A stretch of 64,000 bases of DNA from the NCBI GenBank assembly GCA_963825905.1, contig CAWGUL010000002.1, positions 40,574-104,573 of the forward strand. The letters are read 5' to 3'. Position 1 is the stretch's first letter. Each line of letters opens with the position of its first letter. The position numbers were made by a program, and so were the translations under genes. Positions 49,274 through 58,590 of this stretch are shown here, piece by piece. Under the pieces are notes generated by a model. The model made no database searches. It was not told the origin of the DNA and saw nothing but the letters and a program-made list of their open reading frames with translations. Origin of the DNA: an uncultured Chloroflexia bacterium. GTDB taxonomy: Bacteria; Chloroflexota; Limnocylindria; QHBO01.

Positions 49274-49681
49274 ATGGGCCTGTACGAGCGACATTGCTTC
49301 GTCTGCACGAGCGGGGACTGGTGCGGCACGATCGACGGGGACGGCCTCGGCGTGCACGCGCGCCTGAAGGGCCTCGTGAAGGAGCGCGGGCTCGGCGATC
49401 GGATCCGCATCAACCACGCGGGCTGCTTCTCCCAGTGCGGCAACGGACCGATGGTGGTCGTCTACCCCGATGACGTGTGGTACGCGGCAGTCACGCCGGC
49501 CGATGTCGACGAGATCCTCGAAGCGCACCTCATCGGGGGCGTGCCGGTCGAGCGGCTTCGCTACGATCCCGCAGAGGGTGGGCCGCACAAGCTGAAGCGC
49601 GATCCGGACGGACGACCGATCGGCCGCGCGACACCGTGGCCGAGCGCCGGCGGCCATGCCCCCGACGGCGAGGACCGATGA
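49274..49681 (+). CDS. thioredoxin-like [2Fe-2S] ferredoxin
   Basis: 135 aa from ATG 49274 (GGGAG upstream); HCFVCTSGDWCG ... NHAGCFSQCGNGPMVVVYPDDVWY pattern. Confidence 0.75.
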   Translation: MGLYERHCFVCTSGDWCGTIDGDGLGVHARLKGLVKERGLGDRIRINHAGCFSQCGNGPMVVVYPDDVWYAAVTPADVDEILEAHLIGGVPVERLRYDPAEGGPHKLKRDPDGRPIGRATPWPSAGGHAPDGEDR

Positions 49682-50661
49682 GCGAGCCCGGCGTGCCCGA
49701 GGACGTTCGGCGGCTGGTCGACGAGCGCGCAGCGGCCCGAGCGGCGCGGGACTTCGCGCGGGCCGATGTGCTGCGCGACGAGATCCACGCACTGGGCTGG
49801 GAGGTCGTCGATGGGCCACGTGGCTCGAGCGTCCGGCCGAAGCTTCCTGCCACGCCCGCCGGAACGGGGTATGCGCGCCCCGAGGACCTCGCAAGCCGCC
49901 TCGACGAGCCGGCCACGACCGCGATGAGCGTCGTGGTCGTCGTCGACGACCACCCTGCCGACCTCGACCGCATGCTGAAGGCGCTTGCGGCCCATCCGCC
50001 GCGAGGCGCGTGGGAGCTGATCGTGGTCGCCAACGCTCCCCGGGATCCGGTTGACGTCATCGTGGAGCACATCTCCCTGCCCGAGCCCCCGAGCGTCATC
50101 GCGACGAGCGAGCGCCTCGGCTGGGCCGACGCAGTGAACGTCGGCATGCGCCGCGCGCGCGGCGGGCTGATCGTCCTGCTCGACACGAGCCTCGAGCCCA
50201 CGGGGGACTGGGCGACGCCGCTCCGCGCCGCCTTTGACGATCCTGCTGTCGGCCTCGCCGGTGGCTGGGGCGTCCGGAGCCACGACGGCCGCCAGTTCGA
50301 GGACGCGCCGGCCGGCGAAGTGGACGCCGTCGAGGGCTACTGCCTGGCGGTGCGCCGCGAGACACTTCGCACGGCCGGCCCGTTCGACCAGAAGTTCCGC
50401 TGGTATCGGAACGCCGACCTCGACTTCAGCTTCCAGGTCCGCGACGCGGGCTGGCGGGCGGTGCGGACGCCGGCGCTTCCCTTTGCCCGCCATGAGCACC
50501 GCGGCTACACCGCGTTCGACGAGGTGGAGCGGACGCGCCTGTCGAAGCGCAACTTCTATCGGTTCCTGCGCCGGTGGGGCGACCGGCGCGACCTCCTCCT
50601 CGACTCGGCGCCAGTGGACGAGCCGCATCACCACCCTGCGGGCGCGCGTGACCATGCCTGA
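49678..50661 (+). CDS. GT2 glycosyltransferase with N-terminal CysRS-C-terminal-type domain
   Basis: 327 aa, ATGA overlap with the ferredoxin stop. Residues 6-53, VPEDVRRLVDERAAARAARDFARADVLRDEIHALGWEVVDGPRGSSVR, align with the CysRS C-terminus; the rest is GT-A fold (VVVVVDDHPADLDRML.., LIVLLDTS). Confidence 0.75.
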   Translation: MSEPGVPEDVRRLVDERAAARAARDFARADVLRDEIHALGWEVVDGPRGSSVRPKLPATPAGTGYARPEDLASRLDEPATTAMSVVVVVDDHPADLDRMLKALAAHPPRGAWELIVVANAPRDPVDVIVEHISLPEPPSVIATSERLGWADAVNVGMRRARGGLIVLLDTSLEPTGDWATPLRAAFDDPAVGLAGGWGVRSHDGRQFEDAPAGEVDAVEGYCLAVRRETLRTAGPFDQKFRWYRNADLDFSFQVRDAGWRAVRTPALPFARHEHRGYTAFDEVERTRLSKRNFYRFLRRWGDRRDLLLDSAPVDEPHHHPAGARDHA

Positions 50662-50968
50662 GGCCGATCCGCGGGAGCCGCCGCACCGGGTCCACGTCAT
50701 GCGTGCATTGCAGCGCCCGGGTCGCATCCTGCTCCCGAACTGGCTGGCGATCACGTTCGGAGGTCATATCTGGACCTGGCGCACGCTCGACGATCGCGAG
50801 TTGCGGCACGAGCTCGAGCACGTGCGGCAGTGGCGTCGGTATGGGCTGACGTTCGCGGTCCGCTACCTGCGTGCCTCGCTGCGCTCCTGGCGCGCAGGGA
50901 CCGGCTGGTACCGCGGCAATGCGTTCGAGGTTGCGGCGCGCGCCGCCGAGGCAGTGCCCGACCGCTAG
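50654..50968 (+). CDS. small HExxH-motif protein (putative metallopeptidase-like)
   Basis: 104 aa; 8-nt overlap with the GT2 gene; LRHELEHVRQWRRYG contains HELEH; family not recognised. Confidence 0.45.
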   Translation: MPEADPREPPHRVHVMRALQRPGRILLPNWLAITFGGHIWTWRTLDDRELRHELEHVRQWRRYGLTFAVRYLRASLRSWRAGTGWYRGNAFEVAARAAEAVPDR

Positions 50969-51285
50969 CCTCGGTGCCCCTCGACGCAGGTGACGCCGCT
51001 TGGCCCGACCACCGCGGCGTGGCGCGTTCCTGGCGGGAGGGCGAAGCCCTCGCCGGGGGCCAGGGTGACGGATCCGCGGTCGAGCTCGAACGTGATGCTC
51101 CCCGCCGCGCACACGAGCAGCTTCGTGGTCGCGTGAGCGTGCGGCGCATACCGGTCGCCGGGGCCATTCGACCATGCGCCGGGCGTCACCCCGAGCTCGC
51201 GGAGGTAGTCGGCCACCGTCTCGACGGTGACCGGCACGCCGGCCGGCACACGGAGCGCCGCGAGGGGCGTCCCCGCCTCGCTCAC
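50965..51285 (-). CDS. cupin-domain protein
   Basis: 106 aa; GDRYAPHAHATTKLLVCAAGSITFEL...LPPGTRHAA two-motif cupin pattern; GTGA overlap with the upstream gene. Confidence 0.7.
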   Translation of the reverse strand: MSEAGTPLAALRVPAGVPVTVETVADYLRELGVTPGAWSNGPGDRYAPHAHATTKLLVCAAGSITFELDRGSVTLAPGEGFALPPGTRHAAVVGPSGVTCVEGHRG

Positions 51286-53004
51286 CGCAGGACGAGCTCC
51301 ATCCGCTGCACGAGCACCCCGCCCTCCACGCGGACCCCCGCCGCGACGTGGTCGAGCGGGGCGAGATTCGGTCGGATGAAGGTGTCGAACTCGGACCGCG
51401 CCTCGGGCGGGATCTGAGCCGCAACCGCCGCCACGATGCCCGCCAGGTCGAGGTACGCCGTCGGGGCGGTGGCGCCGCCCCCGACGGTGGCGACGGCCGT
51501 CATGAAGCGCGACGACGACGCCAGCGACGACCCAGCCGCGAGCGCGATGAGCGCATCGGGTGCAGACGCATCGCCGACGGTGATCATCACCGCGTCGTCG
51601 CCGACCGCGAAGGCGACCGTCGGGCTGTTGCTCAGCGCCGGCGCCTCGATCGTCGTGACCGGCACGCCGCCGGCCTCATGGTGCCTCACCACCAGTTGGG
51701 TCCCCTCGTCGTGCGCCATGCGCACAAGAGCATCGGTGAGCTTGGCGAGCTGGACGCCTGCGGCGGACGGGTCGGCCGTGAGAAGCACGAGCCCACCCGA
51801 TGGCCCGCCGGCACCAGCGGTGACGTAAGCAGCGCCGTCATCCGCCCAGCTGAAGAGGTCGGCGAGCGGGAAGCCGACCGCATCCTGGAACGCGGCTCGC
51901 CAGTCGGCGGTGGGAGTCGCCGGGTCGGTCCCCAGCGCCGCGAGCATGCCTTCGATCGCGGTGCCCAACGTCTTCCCCACCTTCGGCAGCGTCACGTATC
52001 CGAGCGCGTCGCCCGGGATCCGCTCCGCAAGCGGCTCGGACAGCGTGGTCGGCGGGCCGTTGGACGCCAGGCTGGCGGCGGTCGCGACGACGCGGTCCGC
52101 CTCGAGCGACAGGGCCTCGGCGACACGGCCCGTCGTCGTGATGTTGGGCAGGCCGCTGATCGGACCGAGGCGCGCCCGCAGCGCCGCGAACAGCGGGTCC
52201 GGTGTCGACGACCGCCAGCCCGATCCGTGGGCTCGGGAGCGCCGCGACGAGGCGGCCCACCTCGGCGTCGGTCGCGAGCGAGCTCGACCCGCGGTGCGTG
52301 GCAAGCAGCGCGCCGACGACGTCGCTACCGGTCCCGACGATGATCGCGTCATCGGCGACGGCGTATGCCATCTCCGCATTCGCGACCGATCCACTCGCCC
52401 CGGGCGGGACGACGAGCGACCAGACGGTGGTGCCATCCACGGTGGACGACGTGAAGGTCGTGCCTTCGTCGGCGGCGAGCTGGCGCAGGTGGTCGGTGAA
52501 GGCCACCGCCGCGCTCCGATCTCGGCTGCCGACGACGACCGCGACCTCCGGCACGGCGGACGGCATCGTGCCGCCCTCGAGGGCCGCGAAGTCGGGCCAG
52601 CTCGGCATGATGAGTGCCGCCGTGCCGGACATCCAGGTGGCGATGTCGCGGCGGTAGGTGAACGGCGCCTTGCCATCGGCGAGCAGGCCGTCGACCCAGT
52701 CCGCGAAGCCGCTGCCGAGGACGACATCGGAGTCGAGCGCAGGCCAGCGCGACAGCAGCGCTTCGAAGTTCGCGCGCTGGTTGCCGGGCAGGGAGACATC
52801 GAGCTCGGCGTACATCGCGGCGTCGGCCGGCGCCCAGCCGGCGAGCCTGCCGGCACCCGCGCCGGCGCGTCCACCGAGCAGGTACGCGCCCACGACGCCA
52901 CCCATCGCGATGGTGAGGGCGGCGACGGCCACGGCCAGCGGCCGCATCCAGCCGCGACGCGGGGTGCGCGCGCTCGGGCGGAGGTCGCCCGTCTCGACGA
53001 TCAT
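51282..53004 (-). pseudogene. large anchored protein (DUF3352-like), frame broken near 52200
   Basis: ATG 53004 (GAGGGG upstream), TM anchor, sensible sequence to ..RIGLAVVDT (52201). The continuation DPLFAALRARLGPISGLPNITTTG... to the stop at 51282 is in the next frame (from 52199). The DUF3352 assignment is from memory of the family. Confidence 0.65.
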
Positions 53005-53128
53005 CGGTTCGGTTCCCCTCGGGAGCTCGGGTTTGAGGTGGCCGGAGGATAGGCCTCCTGCGGAGGTTCTGCCATCCCCCGATCGTCCAATTGCGGTGCG
53101 TGCGCGCCGACGGCGCCTGTCGCGCGGC

Positions 53129-53923
53129 CTAGCGCGCCGCGGCCTGTCCGCCCAGCCGCTGGGCGAGGTAGACCGGCACCACCGACAGCAGGATGAGGAA
53201 CACGGCCACCACGTTGACGACCGGCAGCGCGTTCGGGCGCTGGATGGCCGAGAGCACCCAGAGGGGCACCGTGTCGACGCCGGCCCCGGCGGTGAAGTTC
53301 GTGACGATGACCTCGTCGAAGCTCAGCGCAAAGGCGAGCAGGCCGCCGGACAGGAGCGCGGTCCGCATCGAGGGCAGGAACACGTGGACGAACGTCTGCC
53401 ACGTGTCGGCCCCGAGGTCCATCGAGGCCTCCTCCAGGGAGCGGGCGGTGCGGCGGAGGCGGGCGATGACGTTGTTGTAGGCGACGACCACGCAGAAGGT
53501 CGCATGACCGATGACGATCGTCAGCAGCCCGAGCGGAATGCCGACCGTGCTGAACGTCTCGGAGAGCGCGACGCCGGTGACGACGCCCGGCAGCGCGATC
53601 GGCAGGATCACGATGAAGCTGACCGCCTCTCGCCCGAAGAATCGGTAGCGCTGCACAGCGAAGGCCGCCAGCGTGCCGAGCACGAGCGCGATGGCGGTGG
53701 CGAAGGTGGCCGCCAGGATCGAGTTGACGAACGCGCCGCGCACCGACCCGTCCGCGAGGGCGCGCTCGAACCAGCGCAGGCTCAGCCCGGGGATCGGCCA
53801 CGACTGGATGTTGCTGGCGTTGAACGCATACAGCGCGATGAGGAGCAGCGGCGCGTAGACGAAGACGAGCACGACCGCCGTCGCGACGCGCAGCCCGATC
53901 CGTACCCAGGCCGACTCGTTCAC
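53129..53923 (-). CDS. potC: spermidine/putrescine ABC transporter permease
   Basis: 264 aa from GTG 53923 (GTGA overlap); PotC-type pattern (LEEASMDLGADTWQTFVHVFLPSM). Confidence 0.85.
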   Translation of the reverse strand: MNESAWVRIGLRVATAVVLVFVYAPLLLIALYAFNASNIQSWPIPGLSLRWFERALADGSVRGAFVNSILAATFATAIALVLGTLAAFAVQRYRFFGREAVSFIVILPIALPGVVTGVALSETFSTVGIPLGLLTIVIGHATFCVVVAYNNVIARLRRTARSLEEASMDLGADTWQTFVHVFLPSMRTALLSGGLLAFALSFDEVIVTNFTAGAGVDTVPLWVLSAIQRPNALPVVNVVAVFLILLSVVPVYLAQRLGGQAAAR

Positions 53924-54816
53924 AGCGACTCGAAGGCGCCGGTCCGCCGCGCGACGAGGAGGTAGACGACGATCGCGATGACCGGCACGGTGGCGATGGC
54001 CGCCGCGAGCGGCAGGTTCGGCACGCCGAGGGTGTCGTAGATCGCGTTGCCGAGCAGACGCGTGTTCGACACGAGCTGCGGCGTGATGTAGTCGCCCAGG
54101 GTGAGGCTGAAGGTGAAGATCGAGCCGGCGATGACGCCGGGCAGGGCGAGCGGCAGGATCACGCGCCGGAACGTCATCCCCGCCCGACCGCCGAGGTCGG
54201 ACGAGGCCTCGACCAGGGACTCGGGGATGCGCTCGAGCGCGGCGAAGATGGGCAGGACCATGTACGGCAGCCACAGGTAGGTGAAGACGATGAGGAGCGC
54301 CCCCTCCCCGAGCCCCGGCCCGTCGATGCCGAACGGCTGGAAGAGCCAGTCGACGATGCCGTTGCCGAGCAGCATCGTGCGCCACGCGTAGATCTTCACC
54401 AGGTAGCTCGCCCAGAGCGGCATGAGGACGGCGACGAGCAGCGCGCCTCGCACCTGCGGGCGCGCGACGCGCGCCATGTAGTACGCGATCGGGAAGGCGA
54501 GCGCGATGCAGATGAGCGTGACTGCCACGGCCAGCGCGATGGTTCGCAGCGTGATGGTGCGGTACACCTCGGTCGTCGCCAGGGCGGCGAAGTTGTCGAA
54601 CGTGAACTGGAACGTGACGCCGCCGGTGAACGAATCGTGGGTGAGGAAGGCGTTCGCGAACAGGACGGCGAGCGATCCCAGGTAGGCCAGCACGAGCCAG
54701 AGAAGCGGCGCCGCCAGCAGCAGCCGCAGCTGCAGCCGCGGGTGGGCATAGAGAAAGCGCGCGGCACGGCGCATCGGTCCGGCTGAGCCGGCCTGGGTGA
54801 CGCTCACGGGACGCAT
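53920..54816 (-). CDS. potB: spermidine/putrescine ABC transporter permease
   Basis: 298 aa; PotB-type pattern (LVEASSDLGGRAGMTFRRVILPLALPG). Confidence 0.85.
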   Translation of the reverse strand: MRPVSVTQAGSAGPMRRAARFLYAHPRLQLRLLLAAPLLWLVLAYLGSLAVLFANAFLTHDSFTGGVTFQFTFDNFAALATTEVYRTITLRTIALAVAVTLICIALAFPIAYYMARVARPQVRGALLVAVLMPLWASYLVKIYAWRTMLLGNGIVDWLFQPFGIDGPGLGEGALLIVFTYLWLPYMVLPIFAALERIPESLVEASSDLGGRAGMTFRRVILPLALPGVIAGSIFTFSLTLGDYITPQLVSNTRLLGNAIYDTLGVPNLPLAAAIATVPVIAIVVYLLVARRTGAFESL

Positions 54817-54822
54817 CGCGTT

Positions 54823-54857
54823 GGTGCCCCGGATCCGATCGTCGGACCCGGGGCACC
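54823..54857 (-). terminator. intercistronic hairpin after the polyamine-binding protein gene
   Basis: GGTGCCCCGG - 15-nt loop - CCGGGGCACC, perfect 10-bp stem between the potD-like stop (54886) and the potB start (54816). Confidence 0.5.
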
Positions 54858-54885
54858 GGGATGCTGGATCGGCCTCATCGGTCCG

Positions 54886-56043
54886 TCAGGAGCCGGTGAT
54901 GTCCGTCCATGCGGTCGTCCAGTCGCCGAAGTCCTTGCAGACCGCGCCGCGATTGTCGCCGCATTCCTTGAGGGGGGTGGTCCAGTAGTAGATCTTGCTG
55001 TAGTACGACTCATCCGTGGCATGGACCTTGTCGCAGTGCCCCGGATCGAGCGTCTCCGCCTTCGCGCAGGCAGCCGCGCTGGTCGGGGCCTCGCCGAACC
55101 AGACGGTCGCCTGGGCGTTCGCGTCCGGGCTGGCCATCCAGTCCATCCACATGTACATGCAGTTCGGGTGCTTCGCGGTGGAGCTGATCATCCAGGTATC
55201 CGACCAGCCGGTCGCGCCCTCGGATGGGATCGTCTGGCCGATCGGCTGATCGGTCAGCAGGTTCGCCTGGTACGGCCAGCTCGTGCCGGCGAGCGAGTCC
55301 TTCGAGGTGAAGCTCTGCATCTGCTCCTCGGCCGTGCTCCAGTACTGGCCGACGATCTTCTTCTGGTCCTTGAGGAGCTTGACCGCGGCATCGAACTGGG
55401 CCTGGTCGAGCTCGTAGGGATTCGTGATCTTCAGATCGGCGTTATGGGCCTTCAGGTACATCGCAGCGTCCGCAATGTAGATGGCCGAGTTGTAGATGCT
55501 GATCTTGCCCGCCGCCGGGGAGTCGGCCTTGAAGACGACGTCCCAGCTCGTCGGGGCGGTCGTGAACGTATCGGTGTTGTAGAGAAGGAGGTTCGCGCCG
55601 CGGCCGTGAGGCACGCCGTAGGGAACGCCGTTGACGCTGTTGTAGTCCTTCAGCTTCAGGCTGTCGAAGATGTTCGCGTAGTTCGGGATCAGGGCCGGGT
55701 TGATGGGCGAGACGAGGCCGGCGGCGATGAGGCGCTTCGTCGCGTCGCCCGACGCGGACACGCCGTCGTACGCACCGGACTGCATCAGCTGCACCATGTT
55801 CGCCGAGTCGGTCCCGTCCTGGGTCTTGACCTTGCAGCCGGTCTTCGACTCGAACGGCGTCACCCAGTCGTAGTTCGGGTCGTTGTCACCCCGCTCGGCG
55901 TAGCCGGTCCAGATGACGAGGTCCACCTCACCCTCACCGGCGCCGAGCGATGCCTGGGCGGTGTGCGACGCGGTGCCGCCCTGGCATGCGGCCAGGACGA
56001 CGATCAAGCCGGCAACGGCCGCCAGCAAGCGCAGGTTGTGCAT
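54886..56043 (-). CDS. potD: spermidine/putrescine-type ABC transporter substrate-binding lipoprotein
   Basis: 385 aa; lipobox LAACQG; PotD/PotF family pattern; GGAGGAA SD. Confidence 0.8.
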   Translation of the reverse strand: MHNLRLLAAVAGLIVVLAACQGGTASHTAQASLGAGEGEVDLVIWTGYAERGDNDPNYDWVTPFESKTGCKVKTQDGTDSANMVQLMQSGAYDGVSASGDATKRLIAAGLVSPINPALIPNYANIFDSLKLKDYNSVNGVPYGVPHGRGANLLLYNTDTFTTAPTSWDVVFKADSPAAGKISIYNSAIYIADAAMYLKAHNADLKITNPYELDQAQFDAAVKLLKDQKKIVGQYWSTAEEQMQSFTSKDSLAGTSWPYQANLLTDQPIGQTIPSEGATGWSDTWMISSTAKHPNCMYMWMDWMASPDANAQATVWFGEAPTSAAACAKAETLDPGHCDKVHATDESYYSKIYYWTTPLKECGDNRGAVCKDFGDWTTAWTDITGS

Positions 56044-56093
56044 GGTTCCTCCGTTTCGTGCGTTGGGCGTTGGTTCTCGCAGATCCGTGATGC

Positions 56094-57155
56094 TCAGCCG
56101 CCCGCGAGCGGCAGGACGTGGCGTCGATGCCAGATGAGCCGCACCGCGCGGCCCTTGGCGGCCAGGACCTCCATCGAGGAGGTCTCGAGGTTCTGCTGCG
56201 TGACGACGAGATCGCCGCCGTCGTCGAGGGTGACGAGGTAGCGGGTGTCCGACCCGAGGTACACGACATCGCGCACCTCGCCGAGCGCCGACAGCTCGTC
56301 GTCGGCGACCCGGGCATCCGGCTCGGCGAGCCGGATCTTCTCCGGTCGGACGGTGAACGTTCCACCCTGACCGATGACCGATGCCGCGGCCGCCCCGGTC
56401 AGCAGGTTCGACGTCCCCACGAAGCCGGCCACGAACGGCGTCGCGGGCCGCTCGTACACCTCGGCCGGCGATCCCACCTGCTCGATCCGGCCGCGGTTGA
56501 AGACCGCCATCCGGTCGCTCATCGTCAGCGCCTCCTCCTGGTCGTGGGTCACGTAGATGAACGTGATCCCGACCTGCTGCTGGATCGCCTTCAGCTCGAT
56601 CTGCATCTCCTGCCGCAGCTTGAGGTCGAGCGCGCCGAGCGGCTCGTCGAGGAGCAGGACGCGCGGCCGGTTGACGAGCGCCCGTGCGAGCGCGACGCGC
56701 TGCCGCTGTCCGCCGGAGAGCTGGGCCGGACGGCGACGCCCGAACTCGCCGAGCCGCACCATCTCGAGCGCCTCCGCCACGCGCCGCTCACGTTCCGCGC
56801 CGTTCACCTTCCGCACCATCAGGCCGTAGGCGACGTTGTCGCCGACCGTCATGTGCGGGAAGAGCGCGTAATCCTGGAAGACGGTGTTCACGTCGCGCTC
56901 GAACGGCGGGACACCGGTGACGTCGCGGCCGTCGAGCAGGATCCGACCGGAGGTCGGCCGCTCGAAGCCGGCGATCATGCGCAGCGTCGTCGTCTTGCCC
57001 GAGCCTGACGGGCCGAGCATGCTGAAGAACTCGCCGCGGCCGATCGTGAGGTCGACGCCGGCGACCGCCTCGACATCGGCGTAGGACTTCCGCAGGTCCT
57101 CGAGCGTGACCGCTGCGGGCGCGGCGATCGGCCCCGACCGGTCGGCGGCAGTCAT
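56094..57155 (-). CDS. potA: spermidine/putrescine ABC transporter ATP-binding protein
   Basis: 353 aa from ATG 57155 (alternative GTG 57185); Walker A GPSGSGKTTT, LSGGQRQR, LLLDEPL, C-terminal TOBE-like region. Confidence 0.85.
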   Translation of the reverse strand: MTAADRSGPIAAPAAVTLEDLRKSYADVEAVAGVDLTIGRGEFFSMLGPSGSGKTTTLRMIAGFERPTSGRILLDGRDVTGVPPFERDVNTVFQDYALFPHMTVGDNVAYGLMVRKVNGAERERRVAEALEMVRLGEFGRRRPAQLSGGQRQRVALARALVNRPRVLLLDEPLGALDLKLRQEMQIELKAIQQQVGITFIYVTHDQEEALTMSDRMAVFNRGRIEQVGSPAEVYERPATPFVAGFVGTSNLLTGAAAASVIGQGGTFTVRPEKIRLAEPDARVADDELSALGEVRDVVYLGSDTRYLVTLDDGGDLVVTQQNLETSSMEVLAAKGRAVRLIWHRRHVLPLAGG

Positions 57156-57260
57156 CGAGAGCTCGGGTGCCGGTTCAACGGCCACGTGTCCCTTTCGAGC
57201 ATGACGGGCAGGCCGGATCGCATCCGGCGACTCGGCGCCCCGTCGTTGCGGCTCGCTCGC

Positions 57261-57290
57261 ATGCTGCCGATTCGCCGCTGCCCGTGTCAA
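57261..57290 (-). promoter_or_regulatory. candidate promoter of the pot operon
   Basis: Minus strand TTGACA (57290..57285) - 18 nt - CAGCAT (57266..57261), about 100 nt upstream of the potA start; the leader contains the hairpin GCCGGAT-gcg-ATCCGGC. Confidence 0.4.
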
Positions 57291-57401
57291 GCCAATATCT
57301 GCAGGTTCCGCCACGGAGGCGGCAGGAGCCTGCGAGATCCGCGGGAAATCGGGCCTGCACGGCGCGATTCAGCGACCGACGCGATCGCGCGCGGCGGCTG
57401 C

Positions 57402-57407
57402 TAGGCT
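57402..57407 (+). promoter_or_regulatory. -10-like box TAGGCT, 8 nt before ATG 57416
   Basis: TAGGCT-cgccgccg-ATG; no SD. Confidence 0.4.
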
Positions 57408-57415
57408 CGCCGCCG

Positions 57416-58255
57416 ATGGGCGGAGTACTCGGAATCCTCGCCAGCCTGGCCGGTGCCGCGAGCTTCGGCTCGGGCGACTTCGCCGGGGGTCTCGCCTCCC
57501 GGCGTGCGGGCGGCCTCGCGGTCGCGGCGGCGGCGCAGGTCGTTGGCCTGAGCGCGCTCGTCGTGGGCCTCGTCGCGCTGCGCCCGCCGCTCCCCGGCAC
57601 GGATGGCTTCCTCATCGGCCTGGCGGCCGGCGTCGCCGGCGGAGTCGGCCTGGCGGCGCTGTACGTCGGGCTGGCGATCGGCGCGATGGGGCTCGTGGCG
57701 GCGCTCTCCGGCCTCGGCTCGGTGACGGTGCCGGTCGTGGTGGGCGCGGTGGCGGGCGTCGTCCTCTCGCCGCTCCAGCTGCTCGGCGTCGGGATGGCCG
57801 GCCTGGCCGCGATGGCCGCCGGCGGCGCGTCGCGTGAAGGCGTCAGCGGCCGCGCCCTCGTCCTCGCCGGGGTCGCCGCGCTCGCGTTCGGGTCGTGGTA
57901 CGTGCTGCTCGACCTCGCGGCGAAGGCGGGTGACCCGCTGTGGGGGCTCGTCATCAGCCGCGCGACGTCGGCGGTCCTCATCGGCGCGATCGCGCTCGTC
58001 GGTGGGCGTGCCGCGGGATTGCGACCGGTGGCGGCACTGGTCGTCCTCGCCGGCCTGCTCGACGTCGGCGGCAACGTCCTCTACGTCGTCGGGCGCTCGC
58101 AGATCCCGGTCGGCCTGGCCGCCGCGCTCACCGGGCTCTATCCGCTCGGGACGATGCTGCTCGCGCGATTCGTGCTGAAGGAGGCGCTGCCGCCGCTCGG
58201 GCTCGTCGCCGTCGGGCTGGCCATCGGCGCCGTCGCGCTCATCTCGCTCGGGTGA
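57416..58255 (+). CDS. EamA/DMT-family transporter
   Basis: 279 aa from ATG 57416 (TAGGCT box 8 nt upstream); ten Gly/Ala/Leu-rich helices in two EamA-like halves. Confidence 0.75.
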   Translation: MGGVLGILASLAGAASFGSGDFAGGLASRRAGGLAVAAAAQVVGLSALVVGLVALRPPLPGTDGFLIGLAAGVAGGVGLAALYVGLAIGAMGLVAALSGLGSVTVPVVVGAVAGVVLSPLQLLGVGMAGLAAMAAGGASREGVSGRALVLAGVAALAFGSWYVLLDLAAKAGDPLWGLVISRATSAVLIGAIALVGGRAAGLRPVAALVVLAGLLDVGGNVLYVVGRSQIPVGLAAALTGLYPLGTMLLARFVLKEALPPLGLVAVGLAIGAVALISLG

Positions 58256-58312
58256 GTCTCACCGGACGCGGGCCGCCGGCACGGGGCGGCGAAAGCCTCC
58301 CCCGGCGCGCCC

Positions 58313-58340
58313 GATAAGCGGCCGGTAAGCCGCGGATAAG
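58313..58340 (+). promoter_or_regulatory. GATAAGC-type direct repeat, three copies phased at 11 bp (site 3)
   Basis: GATAAGCggccGGTAAGCcgcgGATAAGG; hexamers start at 58313, 58324 and 58335; 250 nt upstream of the E1 start. Confidence 0.5.
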
Positions 58341-58590
58341 GGGCCGTGCGCTTCCCTGCCCACCCAAGCTCCGGTGCCGATGCCGGGGCGCAGAGGTGGA
58401 GGTGCGAGCCGTGCGCTCATTCCTGTGCCGCTGGGCACGCCGCGCGACCCCGTGGCTGCTCGTCGGCTTCTTCGCATGCACCACCGGCGGTGGGTTCCCG
58501 CATTGATCGCCGTCCGGCCGGCGGCGTCCCGACGGGTATCATGCCGGCACCCATTCCGCCCCCTCGCAGAGCCTCGAGCACCGCCGACCC

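Noticed and set aside
58381-58440. ZTP (pfl) riboswitch-like fragments (CCGGGG, GGTGGA, GCCGCTGGGCA) in the E1 leader
   Set aside because: The order of elements is wrong, the conserved GACTGGCG-type 5' segment is missing, and the downstream gene is not a purine/folate gene. I treat the similarity as coincidental in GC-rich sequence.
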